Below, one piece after another: positions 43,816-57,975 of a stretch of 64,000 nt of DNA; position 1 is the stretch's first letter; every line of letters starts with the position of its first letter. The translations under genes were made by a program, and so were the position numbers. This DNA is from Mytilus trossulus (lineage: Eukaryota). The notes below the pieces were generated by a model, which saw only the letters and a list, made by a program, of their open reading frames with translations, was not told the DNA's origin and searched no databases. The stretch covers positions 52,204,001 to 52,268,000 of the forward strand of contig NC_086386.1 in the NCBI RefSeq assembly GCF_036588685.1, given 5' to 3'.

Positions 43816-46800
43816 ACGAGTAGTCAGGTCAAGATCCGATCCGCTAGCCGAGGACCTTGAACTGACTACCCGTGTAGAAAAAAAAAACTTTACGACAGAT
43901 TGTTTCCGGTTTGTTTTTTTGTTACTTTTGTTTTGTATTTGACTTGTACTACGTTTTAAGGAAGATATATTACATTTTGCAAAACTGATTATTCGAGAAA
44001 CTTTAATGGCCTTAAATCAGTAAATGTAAGTTATAGTATTAACATTATTTTCTGTGAATTTCCCTTCAACGGAGGTTTTTTTTCTAGAAAAAAATCAGGA
44101 ATAAAAAAAATTGATAAAAACAAAAGAACAATTTTAGGCTTAGGATGAATGTTATCACGTTTGAGACTTTTTTTTTAAAATGCAACTTCGTTAAAAAGTA
44201 ATATATTAAAGAAATATGATAGTGGTAAGTAAGCTAATGTTCAATTTTAGGAGTGGAACGGAAAGCGGGAGGGGGCTTAAATTGATTTAAGATAAACAAG
44301 TTCTGACCTTCACTTTGATGACAAAATTCAGGATGTGCCATTTCATTTCGTCATTACATGATTACCCCTTTAAACATTTAGTGAAAATCGCACGTTTGCT
44401 GCCAAATGCATGAATTTAATATTAAGTGGAGGAGCGGGTGCAGGGGGTTGGAATCCCCTTTTTTGGACGATCAATGTATCTGATTGTGGACAAATAGTTA
44501 AAACCCCCTTTTCCCTAGGTTGGGAACACCTTTCCCAAAATGACTGCATCCGCCCCGGTAGATTTAAATTCAAAATATAATCAAATTCAATAACAGTATG
44601 AATGTATCAAAAGAAAATAAATTTTCTTCTTCATTAGTGAGTGAAATGTTATGAAAAATCAGATTTTGTTCTTTTATTGAATATATTAAACATGCTAAAG
44701 GGGCACTATATACGAGATATATGAAACATTAAAGTAAAATGTGTTTGTTCAATCAATAATCAAAGTGAAATAGCGAAATAATAATTCGCTTTTAGCAGCC
44801 AAAATGGTTCAATTTTGTCAACTGAAGCGAAGAAACATTGTTAATTACTCATTCATTTGCAAGTTAATAAGTCGACCTCATTAAATCCATATTCATGTGA
44901 ACTTCAATTTAACCCCTTTTTAGAGATTGAATAACATGCATTATAAGTGTAATGGCTATTTAAAGAAAAAGAATGTCAACAAAGAAACTGTAACTGCGGT
45001 GATTCATTTGATTACTGATTCGATCCATATAAAACCATCCTCATACGGTTTAAATACAACGAGAAACATATTTCTTTTAAATCTATAAAATAAACTCAAA
45101 CAGACCTAAAAAAAAATCCAATTGCACGTGTTGATTTAATCTTTTCATATCTTTATTCATGTTTACATCGCTTATATGGACATATCAGGTCAAATCGATC
45201 GTTTATTAGATGGCGTGTGGACTAAAATACACACAAAACGAACCTGCATATCATCTACCCATGCTCTGTAAACTGTTTATTTCAGACTTTTGGTAGTTTG
45301 GATAAATGTTTAACATTATCATAAATTAAATATGAGAATTTGAGTCAAACCGGTCACCACGAATTTGACAGCTAGTGCCCCTTTAAGACAAATAATTAAC
45401 TACGTGTTGATCGCGATTAATTAAACACGTGTTACTAGACCAACAGCTGCCAACCGTACAAAATTGAGGCCTGACATAAGTTGAATTATTTTCTTCAAAA
45501 GTTGCTGCTTATTAGGACATGAATTACACGATCACTTTTTATTTATAGGACCAATCGTGCATTGGTGCGCTCATGGGGATTTTATCTTTTGATTAGATTT
45601 GATTTTTAATTACATATTTCCTGTCTTTTTAAATTGAAATATAAACGTCGGTATCATCATTTCTTCACTTTCAGCCTATCCAAAATTTCTATTCATACCC
45701 ATGTTTCGTTTAAAAGGGGGAGTGGGTGAGTACTTTTCTGAATAAATTAACTATTTACCTTTTAAACACCATCTACTTTTTTTTTAATTAGCACTTTTAT
45801 ATATATATACGGTATTCGAAAAATTAGGAATCATGCAGATCATTTATTTGTTATCTGCTTGACCATAGTATTTTTTTTCTCACACACTTTGGGATCAAAT
45901 ATTATTTTTATTAGGAGAAAAACATACCCCCCTCTTTTAGGAGTTTAATGTACGAATCTCGTGGTATACTGATATGAATAGTATTTTACTTGAAATGCTG
46001 GTTTTTTTTAAATATTGATGACAACGTAGAGCAAGACAGGAAATATGTCAGTGAACCGAAAAGTTCAAATCCAATTGAAAGTTAGAGTTCCCATGAACTC
46101 ATTATTTATGCACGAGTGGTTCTAGTCATACAACGTGTCAGTGTAACAACTCAAAAGAGTCCATGTATCGTTTAAAAGAGTCCGTGTAAAATCTGTTAAT
46201 GTACTGTTTTTCTATAGTTCTGCGGGGGTCAAAATCGTAAACAAATAATGTAGTCGGTGTCATCGTGAGGTTCAAGTAAAAAAAGTTTTCGAAACTACAT
46301 GTCATATAAATAAGACACTGTCATGAAAAAATTGAAATATGAAATTATTTATTATGTTAATCTGACTTTTATGAGAGGTTTCAAACGAATTGTTTTTATC
46401 TTTTATCATGTTTGTTTATGTTATAGATTGTCTTAGATAACCTTACATGCCAGAAATTATAACATGAGCAATATGTTTCAGCTGAACGAATCCTCAACTT
46501 TTCAGAACTGCATTTTTAATCAAAAGTACATTGTACACAAGTGAATATATAAACCTTTGTAACGAATCTCAGTTGTAATTCAGTTTAATATCAAATTATC
46601 ATCCCGTGTGGCATGTATATTGTCGAATACTATTTTTAAAGACATACTACGCACACGTTGCCATGATAACTTGAAATCAGTATACGTGTCTATGAATATC
46701 GATGGTTAAAAGCAACTGCGTGGAGACCGTGTATATTCCATATTAGGTAAGTTGACGGCGCTTATTGCAATGCATGATTAGTGGTGGATATGTTTTCCTT

Positions 46801-49204
46801 TATTCAAACAACACGGTGTTCAGATCATATCTTTAAGGTTTTAACCAGCGATAAACCTAATAGTTTGTTATTTTTGGCATTTATTTTCCTTTTACTAACG
46901 GTAGTGAGGACTTGATCATTTTCATAAGCCATAAGTATAAATACCAAAAACATGTGAAGATAGTCGTTTACACAAATTCAATACAAGGTGAAACTAATAC
47001 GGTATATATGGGGTTGAAAAATTCAGTAAGTTGATTCGAGCTTTGCTCTCATCCGTTATGGAATTTATTGATCCCATTGGTTTAAAGCAATTTCAATATA
47101 CGGTTTATAGTTAAGATTCGATACTGGCAATATTTGATTTTCTCAATGCATTGAAAGTTCTGTTTACTGTTGTTATGTCAAGGTTGTATATATCAAATTG
47201 ATATTGTCGACATTATTTATGCTCTGTGCAGACCAATGGGAGTAGGTTTTTAAAATTTAACACTCGAACACTTTACTATAAAATGTATAAAGTAAGAAGA
47301 TGTGTTATGATTGCAAATGAGACAACTCATGTCCACACTCACAAATGAAGATAGTTAAAAAATAAACTTATTACATAGTAAACAAGTGATTCAATATGAT
47401 ATTAACGGGGTCGGTAAATTCCATATGGGAGTCAAGTTTCACTCTCAATCCATATGGAATTTACGTACCTCGTACATATCATATTACGTCACTAACTTAC
47501 TATATACAATGCATGATTTATAATGGTTTTTTTTTTTAGAATTGTGTCAAATGTATTGATTTGTACTTTTTACTCTGTCAGAATTCATTGTCTTTTATTT
47601 TCTCTTTAAACATGTTATACTGTGTGTTTTCTCACTATCATAATACAATGCTGATAAACTTTATAGTGTTTAACGTAATAAAGAATATAGTTATAGTTTC
47701 AACTGTGGATATATATTTATATGTGCCAAAATATACCGCATAATGATGTACATGTACATGTTCTTAGGTGAGGTTTTGGAGTTTTCCCAAGCAATACAAG
47801 GTAAAAATATTTGCCCCATAACACACATTTGTTTTCTCACATGAGATTAAATAGCTCATGAAAGGTCATTTATCAAGATTTTAAAAAGATTCTTGGTCTT
47901 CCTTCTTTCGATTTGAAACCTAAATATAACCAATGTAAATGTAAGGTGAAAGTCCGAATCAGCCATTTTACGCCATATTTTAAATCTCAAATATCACGAA
48001 AAGAAGGTCCATGACCGATCATTATTTTAATTTATTTTTAACCTAACGATTGTCTTACCGGTTAAAAATATCAATTTTAAATCCTTGATTTATCAAATGT
48101 CACCTGAGTTCATCCTTAAGATGGTTTTATCTACGTGATTGCAATAGAAACTCTAAAATTATATGCATCCGATAGTATTTATATTTACAACATTTTAACC
48201 GATATCAAATTTTTCATTGCTTGTTTTTACTTCACAACCTATATTCCATTTTGGTTTTGTGTAAACAATACATGGTGTATGTGTTTGACGTCTGCTTTTG
48301 TTGTAAATGTAACACTGGAAATCAAACAGCAAAATTAATATTTATCCTAAATGTGCAAAATGCATATCCAAATTAATCATTATATATAAAGGTAAACGGA
48401 AGAAACAACGCTTGTGTTTGTGTTTAGGAGTTGCAACTTTTTTGTTTAAAATCTATCTATTATTTCGTTCTGTTTTGAGAAATATATATAAGAAAATCTA
48501 CGATAAGTCAGCATTTCACAAACTTTTTTAAAGTTCTCCAAATAGATCTTGATTATGTAAAACAGTGTCACTGTCAAAATGATTAGATTATTATATCGGT
48601 AAGAAGCACCAGATTGATGGTAACATCTATACAAACGATAAATTTACTTAACTCACCTGTGCGATTTATCAAACATTAACTGTCTAAATTAATAAATCAA
48701 TAAGACTTTACAATGAAATACGAACCATGCCAGTTGTAAATCTTGTTTTAAAAGCAAATATTTGAAAACAGTAAACATGTCTGGTGAAATGGTTCAACAT
48801 TATGATAAATGAACTTTAAATCTTCATCCTTTCACAAAAGTACGCATTGGAGAATGCTCGTCTTCATATGAATGACATAAAAAGTGGTTTTTATGTTTAT
48901 GACAAACAATGTGCTTCGTTGAAAAACGCAACTAAATTATTCAAACATTTTATTGTTTTTGATTGTGAGAAATCTTGTACTGCATTTTAATGATCAGGTG
49001 GTTGACAAATGTATTGACAATGTGTGATAACAAACTGTTTGAAGGTGTCCTAATCAATCTGCATTATACTTGGTTCATTGTATACTCAGTGTACTCAAGG
49101 ATTTAATAACTATTGGTTATTGATATTTTATTTCTTGAACAACAAATGACTGATTATTTTTCACATCATTTATTAAACATTATAAACAACATAAACAACA
49201 CATT
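43816..49204. repeat. Segmental tandem duplication, copy 1
   Basis: Colinear with 49728-55076 (offset 5912 at the start), with scattered SNPs and indels. Confidence 0.95.
44699..45382. mobile_element. Kolobok-like MITE
   Basis: AGGGGCACTA...TAGTGCCCCT termini with flanks CTAA/TTAA. Confidence 0.7.
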
Positions 49205-49727
49205 GTTATCAATTATCAGTCGTTCAAAACAGGTGAAATCCTAATCAGCGATTGAACTTTAATCGATACAGGTAAATACACCCCCAAAAGTAGCCTTGTC
49301 AAAGCTGCAAAATAGGTAAGGGTTGTTTTGTTTTTTGTATTATATGGTTAGCTTTTAAGGTTATTCCCAAATTTGATGACAGTCAGAAACTAATTGATGC
49401 ATTTTATTACCCGTTTCAATTTTGCCTTTTATAGATACGTACAATAATCATTCGATGGGTGTAAATACAATGATTATTAAACTGATTTTATTTTTCAAAA
49501 TTACACATGATTTGATGAAAAACTTGTGAAGAATGTGTTTACTAGTATACAAAAATGATTGGTTCGTGTTAACGGAGAAGTGGGGAATGATTTTCCAAAA
49601 TTCTTAGTGCAAGGAAAGGAATGTGAAATTAATAACCGACATATTTATGTATGATTGTGTATTAGATACAATATAAAGGTCACACAGAAACAGGCCGCTA
49701 ACAACCGTTGCCGGATTGTTTTTCTGC

Positions 49728-52700
49728 ACGAGTAGTCAGGTCAAGATCCGATCCGCTAGCCGAGGACCTTGAACTGACTACCCGTGTAGAAAAAAAAACT
49801 TTACGACAGATTGTTTCCGGTTTGTTTTTTTTTGTTACTTTTGTTTTGTATTTGACTTGTATTACGTTTTAAGGAAGATGTATTACATTTTGCAAAACTG
49901 ATTATTCGAGAAACTTTAATGGCCTTAAATCAGTAAATGTAAGTTATAGTATTAACATTAATTTCTGTGAATTTCCCTTCAACGAAGGTTTTTTTTCTAG
50001 AAAAAAATCAGGAATAAAAAAAATTGATAAAAATAAAAGAACAATTTTAGGCTTAGGATGAATGTTATCACGTTTGAGACTTTTTTTTTTTAAAATGCAA
50101 CTTCGTTAAAAAGTAATATATTAAAGAAATATGATAGTGGTAAGTAAGCTAACGTTCAATTTTAGGAGTGGAACGGAAAGCGGGAGGGGGCTTAAATTGA
50201 TTTAAGATAAACAAGTTCTGATCTTCACTTTGATGAAAAAATTCAGGATGTGCCATTTCATTTCGTCATTACATGATTACCCCTTTAAACATTTAGTGAA
50301 AATCGCACGTTTGCTGCCAAATGCATGAATTTAATATTAAGTGGAGGAGCGGGTGCAGGGGGTTGGAATCCCCTTTTTTGGACGATCAATGTATCTGATT
50401 GTTGACAAATAGTTAAAACCCCCTTTTCCCTAGGTTGGGAACACCTTTCCCAAAATGACTGCATCCGCCCCGGTAGATTTAAATTCAAATTATAATCAAA
50501 TTCAATAACAGTATGAATGTATCAAAAGAAAATAAATTTCTTCTTCATTAGTGAGTGAAATGTTATGAAAAAGCAGATTTTGTTCTTTTATTGAATATAT
50601 TAAACATGCTAAAGGGGCACTACATACGAGATATATGAAACATTAAAGTAAAATGGGTTTGTTCAATCAATAATCAAAGAGAAATAGCGAAATAATAATT
50701 CGCTTTTAGTAGCCAAAATGGTTCAATTTTGTCAACTGAAGCGAAGAAACATTGTTAATTACTCATTCATTTGCAAGTTGATAAGTCGACCTCATTAAAT
50801 CCATATTCATGTGAACTTCAATTTAACCCCTTTTTAGAGATTGAATAACATGCATTATAAGTGTAATGGCTATTTAAAGAAAAAGAATGTCAACAAAGAA
50901 ACTGTAACTGCGGTGATTCATTTGAATACTGATTCGATCCATATAAAACCATCCTCATACGGTTTAAATACAACGAGAAACATATTTCTTTTAAATCTAT
51001 AAAATAAACTCAAACAGACCTAAAAAAAAATCCAATTGCACGTGTTGATTTAATCTTTTCATATCTTTATTCATGTTTACATCGCTTATATGGACATATC
51101 AGGTCAAATCGATCGTTTATTAGATGGCGTCTGGACTACAATACACACAAAACGAACCTGCATATCATCTACCCATGCTCTGTAAACTGTTTATTTCAGA
51201 CTTTTGGTACTTGGATAAATGTTTAACATTATTATAAATTAAATATGAGAATTTGAGTCAAACCGGTCACCACGAATTTGACAGCTAGTGCCCCTTTAAG
51301 ACAAATAATTAACTACGTGTTGATCGCGATTAATTAAACACGTGTTACTAGACCAACAGCTGCCAACCGTACAAAATTGAGGCCTGACATAAGTTGAATT
51401 ATTTTCTTCAAAAGTTGCTGCTTATTAGGACATGAAGTACACGATCACTTTTTATTTATAGGACCAATCGTGCATTGGTGCGCTCATGGGGATTTTATCT
51501 TTTGATGAGATTTGATTTTTAATTACATATTTCCTGTCTTTTTAAATTGAAATATAAACGTCGGTATAATTATTTCTTCACTTTCAGCCTATCCAAAATT
51601 TCTATTCATACCCATGCTTCATTTAAAAGGGGGAGTGGGTGAGTACTTTTCTGAATATATTAACTATTTACCTTTAAAACACCATCTACTTTTTTTTTTT
51701 AATTAGCACTTTTATATATATATACGGTATTCGAAAAATTAGGAATCATGCAGATCATTTATTTGTTATCTGCTTGACCATAGTATTTTTTTTTCTCACA
51801 AAATTTGGGATAAAAGATTATTTTTATTAGGAGAAAAACATACCCCCCTCTTTTAGGAGTTTAATGTACGAATCTCGTGGTATACTGATATGAATAGTAT
51901 TTTACTTGAAATGCTGTTTTTTTTTAAATATTGATGACAACGTAGAGCAAGACAGGAAATATGTCAGTGAACCGAAAAGTTCAAATCCAATTGAAAGTAA
52001 GAGTTCCCATGAACTCATTATTTATGCACGAGTGATTCTAGTCATACAACGTGTCAGTGTAACAACTCAAAAGAGTCCATGTATCGTTTAAAAGAGTCCG
52101 TGTAAAATCTGTTAATGTACTGTTTTTCTATAGTTCTGCGGGGGTCAAAATCGTAAACAAATAATGTAGTCGGTGTCATCGTGAGGTTCAAGTAAAAAAA
52201 GTTTTCGAAACTACATGTCATATAAATAAGACACTGTCATGAAAAAATTGAAATATGAAATTATTTATTATGTTAATCTGACTTTTATGAGAGGTTTCAA
52301 ACGAATTGTTTTTCTCTTTTATCATGTTTGTTTATGTTATAAATTGTCTTAGATAACCTTACATGCCAGAAATTATAACATGAGCAATATGATTCAGCTG
52401 AACGAATCCTCAACTTTTCAGAACTGCATTTTTAATCAAAAGTACATTGTACACAAGTGAATATATAAACCTTTGTAACGAATCTCAGTTGTAATTCAGT
52501 TCAATATCAAATTATCATCCCGTGTGGCATGTATATTGTCGAATACTATTTTTAAAGACATACTACACACACGTTGCCATGATAACTTGAAATCAGTATA
52601 CGTGTCTATGAATATCGATGGTTAAAAGCAACCGCGTGGAGACCGTGTATATTCCATATTAGGTAAGTTGACGGCGCTTATTGCAATGCATGATTAGTGG

Positions 52701-55076
52701 TGGATATGTTTTCCTTTATTCAAACAACACGGTGTTCAGATCATATCTTTAAGGTTTCAACCAGCGATAAACCTAATAGTTTGATTTTTTTTGCATTTAT
52801 TTTCCTTTTACTAACGGTAGTGAGGACTTGATCATTTTCATAAGCCATATGTATAAATACCAAATACCACATGTGAAGATAGTCGTTTACACAAATTCAA
52901 TACAAGGTGAAACTAATACGGTATATATGGGGTTGATAAATTCAGTAAGTTGATTCGAGCTTTGCTCTCATCCGTTATGGAATTTATTGATCCCATTGGT
53001 TTAAAGCAATTTCAATATACGGTTTATAGTTAAGATTCGATACTGGCAATATTTGATTTTCTCAATGCATTGAAAGTTCTGTTTACTGTTGTTATGTCAA
53101 GGTTGTATATATCAAATTGATATTGTCGACATTATTTATGCTCTGTGCAGACCAATGGGAGTAAGTTTTTAAAATTTAACACTCGAACACTTTACTATAA
53201 AATGTATAAAGTAAGAAGATGTGTTATGATTGCAAATGAGACAACTCATGTCCACACTCACAAATGAAGATAGTTAAAAAATAAACTTATTACATAGTAA
53301 ACAAGTGATTCAATATGATATTAACGGGGTCGGTAAATTCCATATGGGAGTCAAGTTTCACTCTCAATCCATATGGAATTTACGTACCTCGTAAATATCA
53401 TATTACGTCACTTACTTACTATATACAATGCATGATTTATAATGTTTGGTTTTTTTTTGGAATTGTGTCAAATGTATTGATTTGTACTTTTTACTCTGTC
53501 AGAATTCATTGTCTGTTATTTTCTCTTTAAACATGTTATACTGTGTGTTTTCTCACTATCATAATCCAATGCTGATAAACTTTATAGTGTTTAACGTAAT
53601 AAAGAATATAGTTATAGTTTTAACTGTGAATATATTTATATGTGCCAAAATATACCGCATAATGATGTACATGTACATGTTCTTAGGTGAGGTTTTGGAG
53701 TTTTCCCAAGCAATACAAGGTAAAAATATTTGCCCCATAACACACATTTGTTTTCTCACATGAGATTAAATAGCTCATGAAAGGTCATTTATCAAGATTT
53801 TAAAAAGATTCTTGCAAATGTAAGGTGAAAAACCAAATCAGCCATTTTACGCCATATTTTAAATCTCAAATATCACGAAAAGAAGGTCCATGACCGATCA
53901 TTATTTTAATTTATTTTTAACCTAACAATTGTCTTACCGGTTAAAAATATCAATTTTAAATCCTTGATTTATCAAATGTCACCTGAGTTCATCCTTAAGA
54001 TGGTTTTATCTACGTGATTGCAATAGAAACTCTAAAATTATATGCATCCGATAGTATTTATATTTACAACATTTTAACCGATATCAAATTTTTCATTGCT
54101 TGTTTTTACTTCACAACCTATATTCCATTTTGGTTTTGTGTAAACAATACATGGTGTATGTGTTTGACGTCTGTTTTTGTTGTAAATGTAACACTGGAAA
54201 TCAAACAGCAAAATTAATATTTATCCTAAATGTGCAAAATGCATATCCAAATTAATCATTATATATAAAGGTAAACGGAAGAAACAACGCTTGTGTTTGT
54301 GTTTAGGAGGTGCAACTTTTTTGTTTAAAATCTATCTATTATTTCGTTCTGTTTTGAGAAATATATATAAGAAAATCTACGATAAGTCAGCATTTCACAA
54401 ACTTTTTAAAGTTCTCCAAATAGATCTTGATTATGTAAAACAGTGTCACTGTCAAAATGATTAGATTATTATATCGGTAAGAAGCACCAGATTGACATCT
54501 ATACAAACTATAAATTTACTTAACTCACCTGTGCGATTTATCAAACATTAACTGTCTAAATTAATAAATCAATAAGACTTTACAATGAAATACGAACCAT
54601 GCCAGTTGTAAATCTCGTTTTAAAAGCAAATATTTGAAAACAATAAACATGTCTGGTGAAATGGTTCAACATTATGATAAAGGAACTTTAAATCTTCGCC
54701 CTTTCACAAAGGTACACATTGGAGAATGCTCGTCTTCATACGAATGACATAAAAAGTGGTTTTTATGTTTATGACAAACAATGTGCTTTGTTGAAAAACG
54801 CAACTAAATTATTCAAACATTTTATTGTTTTTGATTGTGAGAAATCTTGTACTGCATTTTAATGATCAGGTGGTTGACAAATGTATTGACAATGTGTGAT
54901 AACAAACTGTTTGAAGGTGTCCTAATCAATCTGCATTATACTTGGTTCATTGTATACTCAGTGTACTCAAGGATTTAATAACTATTGGTTATTGATATTT
55001 TATTTCTTGAACAACAAATGACTGATTATTTTTCACATCATTTATTAAACATTATAAACATCATAAACAACACATT
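49728..55076. repeat. Segmental tandem duplication, copy 2
   Basis: See copy 1. This copy lacks ~40 bp corresponding to ~47895-47935. Confidence 0.95.
50613..51295. mobile_element. Kolobok-like MITE (duplicated copy)
   Basis: Same termini and flanks as 44699-45382. Confidence 0.7.
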
Positions 55077-55373
55077 TCAGTTGATTACTGAAGATAATAT
55101 CAGAATAGGATTAGCTGCTGCAAAATACATAACTGTTACAGCTCAAATAGCTTTACACATCTTATGCCAATTTATGCCAATTGAGTTTTGAACCATGATC
55201 TAATGCATTACCACTATAATATAAAAAGAACTTTGTTTAATCACATTGAGTGTCGCAGTCGATAAACACTTCTGCTTATGATATTTAACATGTGTAATCA
55301 GTGAGACATGAACTGCCTCTCATCTTTCAGTAGGTTGTCAAAATAATTTTATTTTATTTTTTCAGCATTCAGA

Positions 55374-55418
55374 ATGATGTCGAAAAACTTTAATATACAA
55401 GTCAACAGGATTTTCCTT
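55374..55418 (+). CDS. Cys-rich TNFR-like protein gene, putative first coding exon
   Basis: Upstream TTTTCAG acceptor, MMSKNFNIQVNRIFL, GTAAGT donor, phase 0 matching the next exon. Confidence 0.55.
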
Positions 55419-56799
55419 GTAAGTATATATATCTATCTTCAGCCTTTACTTAAATTTTTACTTCTTAGTACTATGAACATCAAAATTATTTCCTTTCTCC
55501 GTTCATACTGTATATTTTGGAAATGCTGATAAAACATATGTTATTGTGAATTTGTTCACTGAAATATATTATCTAAAATGTCATTTGAAATGCCCCGCTT
55601 TAAAAAAATATATATCATACATGTATGCATGATGAGTATGACTTATATGTGTGATACGAATCATAAGTATTACTTGTTGTCGTGTGAATATTGAAATGAT
55701 CGCTCTCCAGTTTTGTAGAATATCTTAATAATTTAAAGCTTTACTAAAAGGTTTTTTCTTTATGACCGAATTAACAGGAAGTTACATGTATGAAGTAATC
55801 GATGGTTTTTTTTGTTGGACAATAACTACATCGGCATTGCTATTTTAAACGGACAATACCGAAAAAACTTAAATCGCAGATCAATTAAACACAATCAGAA
55901 ACATGTTTGAAAGAAATAATGTCCCACATGTTTTTATCAATACAATGTTTATTGGAAATTCTGTTGAACTTCTAAATTTTGCAACGATTAATTTGCTGAT
56001 ATTCACACTTAATTAAGTGAACATCATGCAAAGCGCAGAACCATTCAACTTTTGGTATAAATTTTATAAACATTATACATGTAGTATTATAAAATCTCCA
56101 AACACATGAAACATTGGATATGGAAGACTATAACTGCAGTACGACATACAAAACGACGCTTAAGAATAATAATTAAAACACTGCTATTTCGGGATTTGAG
56201 TAAATTTCTATCAGACATCTATCTGTTTCTCATAAAATGTTTATTTGTTTTCCCCAATTATTTTAGAAATGTAAAGTTTATGTTTAATTTATATTATATA
56301 AACATGTAGAGAGAGTTTTTTTTTCCATCTTCTTCAGTCAAATTTAGACTTATCTTATGTGATAAATCCAGCACTTGTAATGTTCAGACTGGTTGCTTGC
56401 AGACAATTGAATATGATGGTAATAGCCTAGTTTAATAACAAATACTTAATAGTCTGAATAAGTAGATATACGAAGATATGGTGTGAATATGCTAATGCGA
56501 CAAATCTTCATCCAAATCACAGTTCATATAAGTATTGATATAGGTCATACTATTGTCTTCAGTTTCACCTCAATCCGAACATCGAGCTATAAAAGATTGA
56601 ACAGATCGGATTTGTTTTCTGCCTGCAGTATTTTTGCGCCTGCCAGAAATTTCTGGCCTTTGTTTGTCTTGTATGTTTTCTGATTTGGTTTGTCATATTC
56701 GGGGTAAGGTTACAGGATTCTAACCTTCATTGTAAATGTTTAGATGTAGGTCATGATATGATTCACGCTCAACTGTAGTATGTAATCACTTTATTTCAG

Positions 56800-56980
56800 A
56801 CTATGCTGTTATACCAGTTGTCCGAAGCTATCTATAGCTTGAAATGTCCTGTTCAGGCACACTGGACACACAGATCAGAATATCTTTGTCATTCTGTTGA
56901 AAATTATTGTTGTTTGTATGATCAGAATAAAAAAAACTATATCGAATTTTGTAGAAAGAATGCAGACTTCGAAGCACCAG
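56800..56980 (+). CDS. Cys-rich TNFR-like protein gene, exon
   Basis: TTTCAG acceptor, CAG|GTAATG donor. Encodes TMLLYQLSEAIYSLKCPVQAHW...YCCLYD...EFC...APG. Confidence 0.85.
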
Positions 56981-57660
56981 GTAATGTGTTATTATATATC
57001 ATCAATTTGAAGATGTTTTTGCATCTTGTTTTATATATAACCGGCCTTTCTCAAAATAATTATGATTCATTAGATACAGGTATGCACCTGCGTGCTGGCG
57101 ATCCCTTATAATTAATAAAAGATATGTTTAAATAAAATAAAAAAAGATATTCGAACAAAATGATAGTTGACTCGGGAAAAGGATCACATATTCAAGTATA
57201 ACAATGAACATATCGAATGTACTGAAAAACCTTATAAATGATTTAATCAAAAATATTGTCCTCAAATCATGAATAATATTTGGAATGTATTACGGTAGCA
57301 CGTACACAATTTGTTGACAGAATCAAATAAATTAATTGATTGTAATTTAGCAATATGTCTTTCTGAAAACGTCAAAGGATTCATTTTTATTGACCGAAAT
57401 TTAAACTGTTAACCTAAAGGTTGTTCTTAAACAGTTATTCTTAAACCCCTTGTTCATTGCTGTTCTGATGACTGAAGTTAAGATTCGATTAGAACTGCAT
57501 TTGTACAAAATACCTTATTTTATTGAGTTACAAGTACATTTAATATAAGAAACAAACCTTACATATTATCCTCACATGTAGACGTTTTATTTGCGACGTC
57601 AAGTTGCTATATATTAATGTAATATCATTATTTATTTATTTTATTTTAAATATCATACAG

Positions 57661-57975
57661 GACAAAAGCTAATAGTGGCTGGATCTGTTCAAGGAACTCT
57701 GCAAGGAGCTGACTGTGACGATGAATTTTATCAACCTTTTCAATTCATGTCTTCCCGAAATAGTCGTTGTATTTACAAAAAATCTTTGTGCAACGATGAA
57801 GGACAAATATATTCAAATAATGGCACATTGAAAAAGAATAGGATATGCCGTTGTGATTATACGAGAGGTTATGATTTTGTCGTAAGGCCAAATCAACGAT
57901 GTTATTGTGAACCATCAGAAGAAGATTGTTCTTGCTACCTTAAACTATGTTCCTCTTATGAAATGTTATCACCAG
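57661..57975 (+). CDS. Cys-rich TNFR-like protein gene, exon
   Basis: ACAG acceptor, CAG|GTATGT donor, phase 1->1. Encodes C..YQPF..C..KSLC..EGQ..NG..CRCDY..GY..C.C.P.EEDCSC. Confidence 0.88.
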
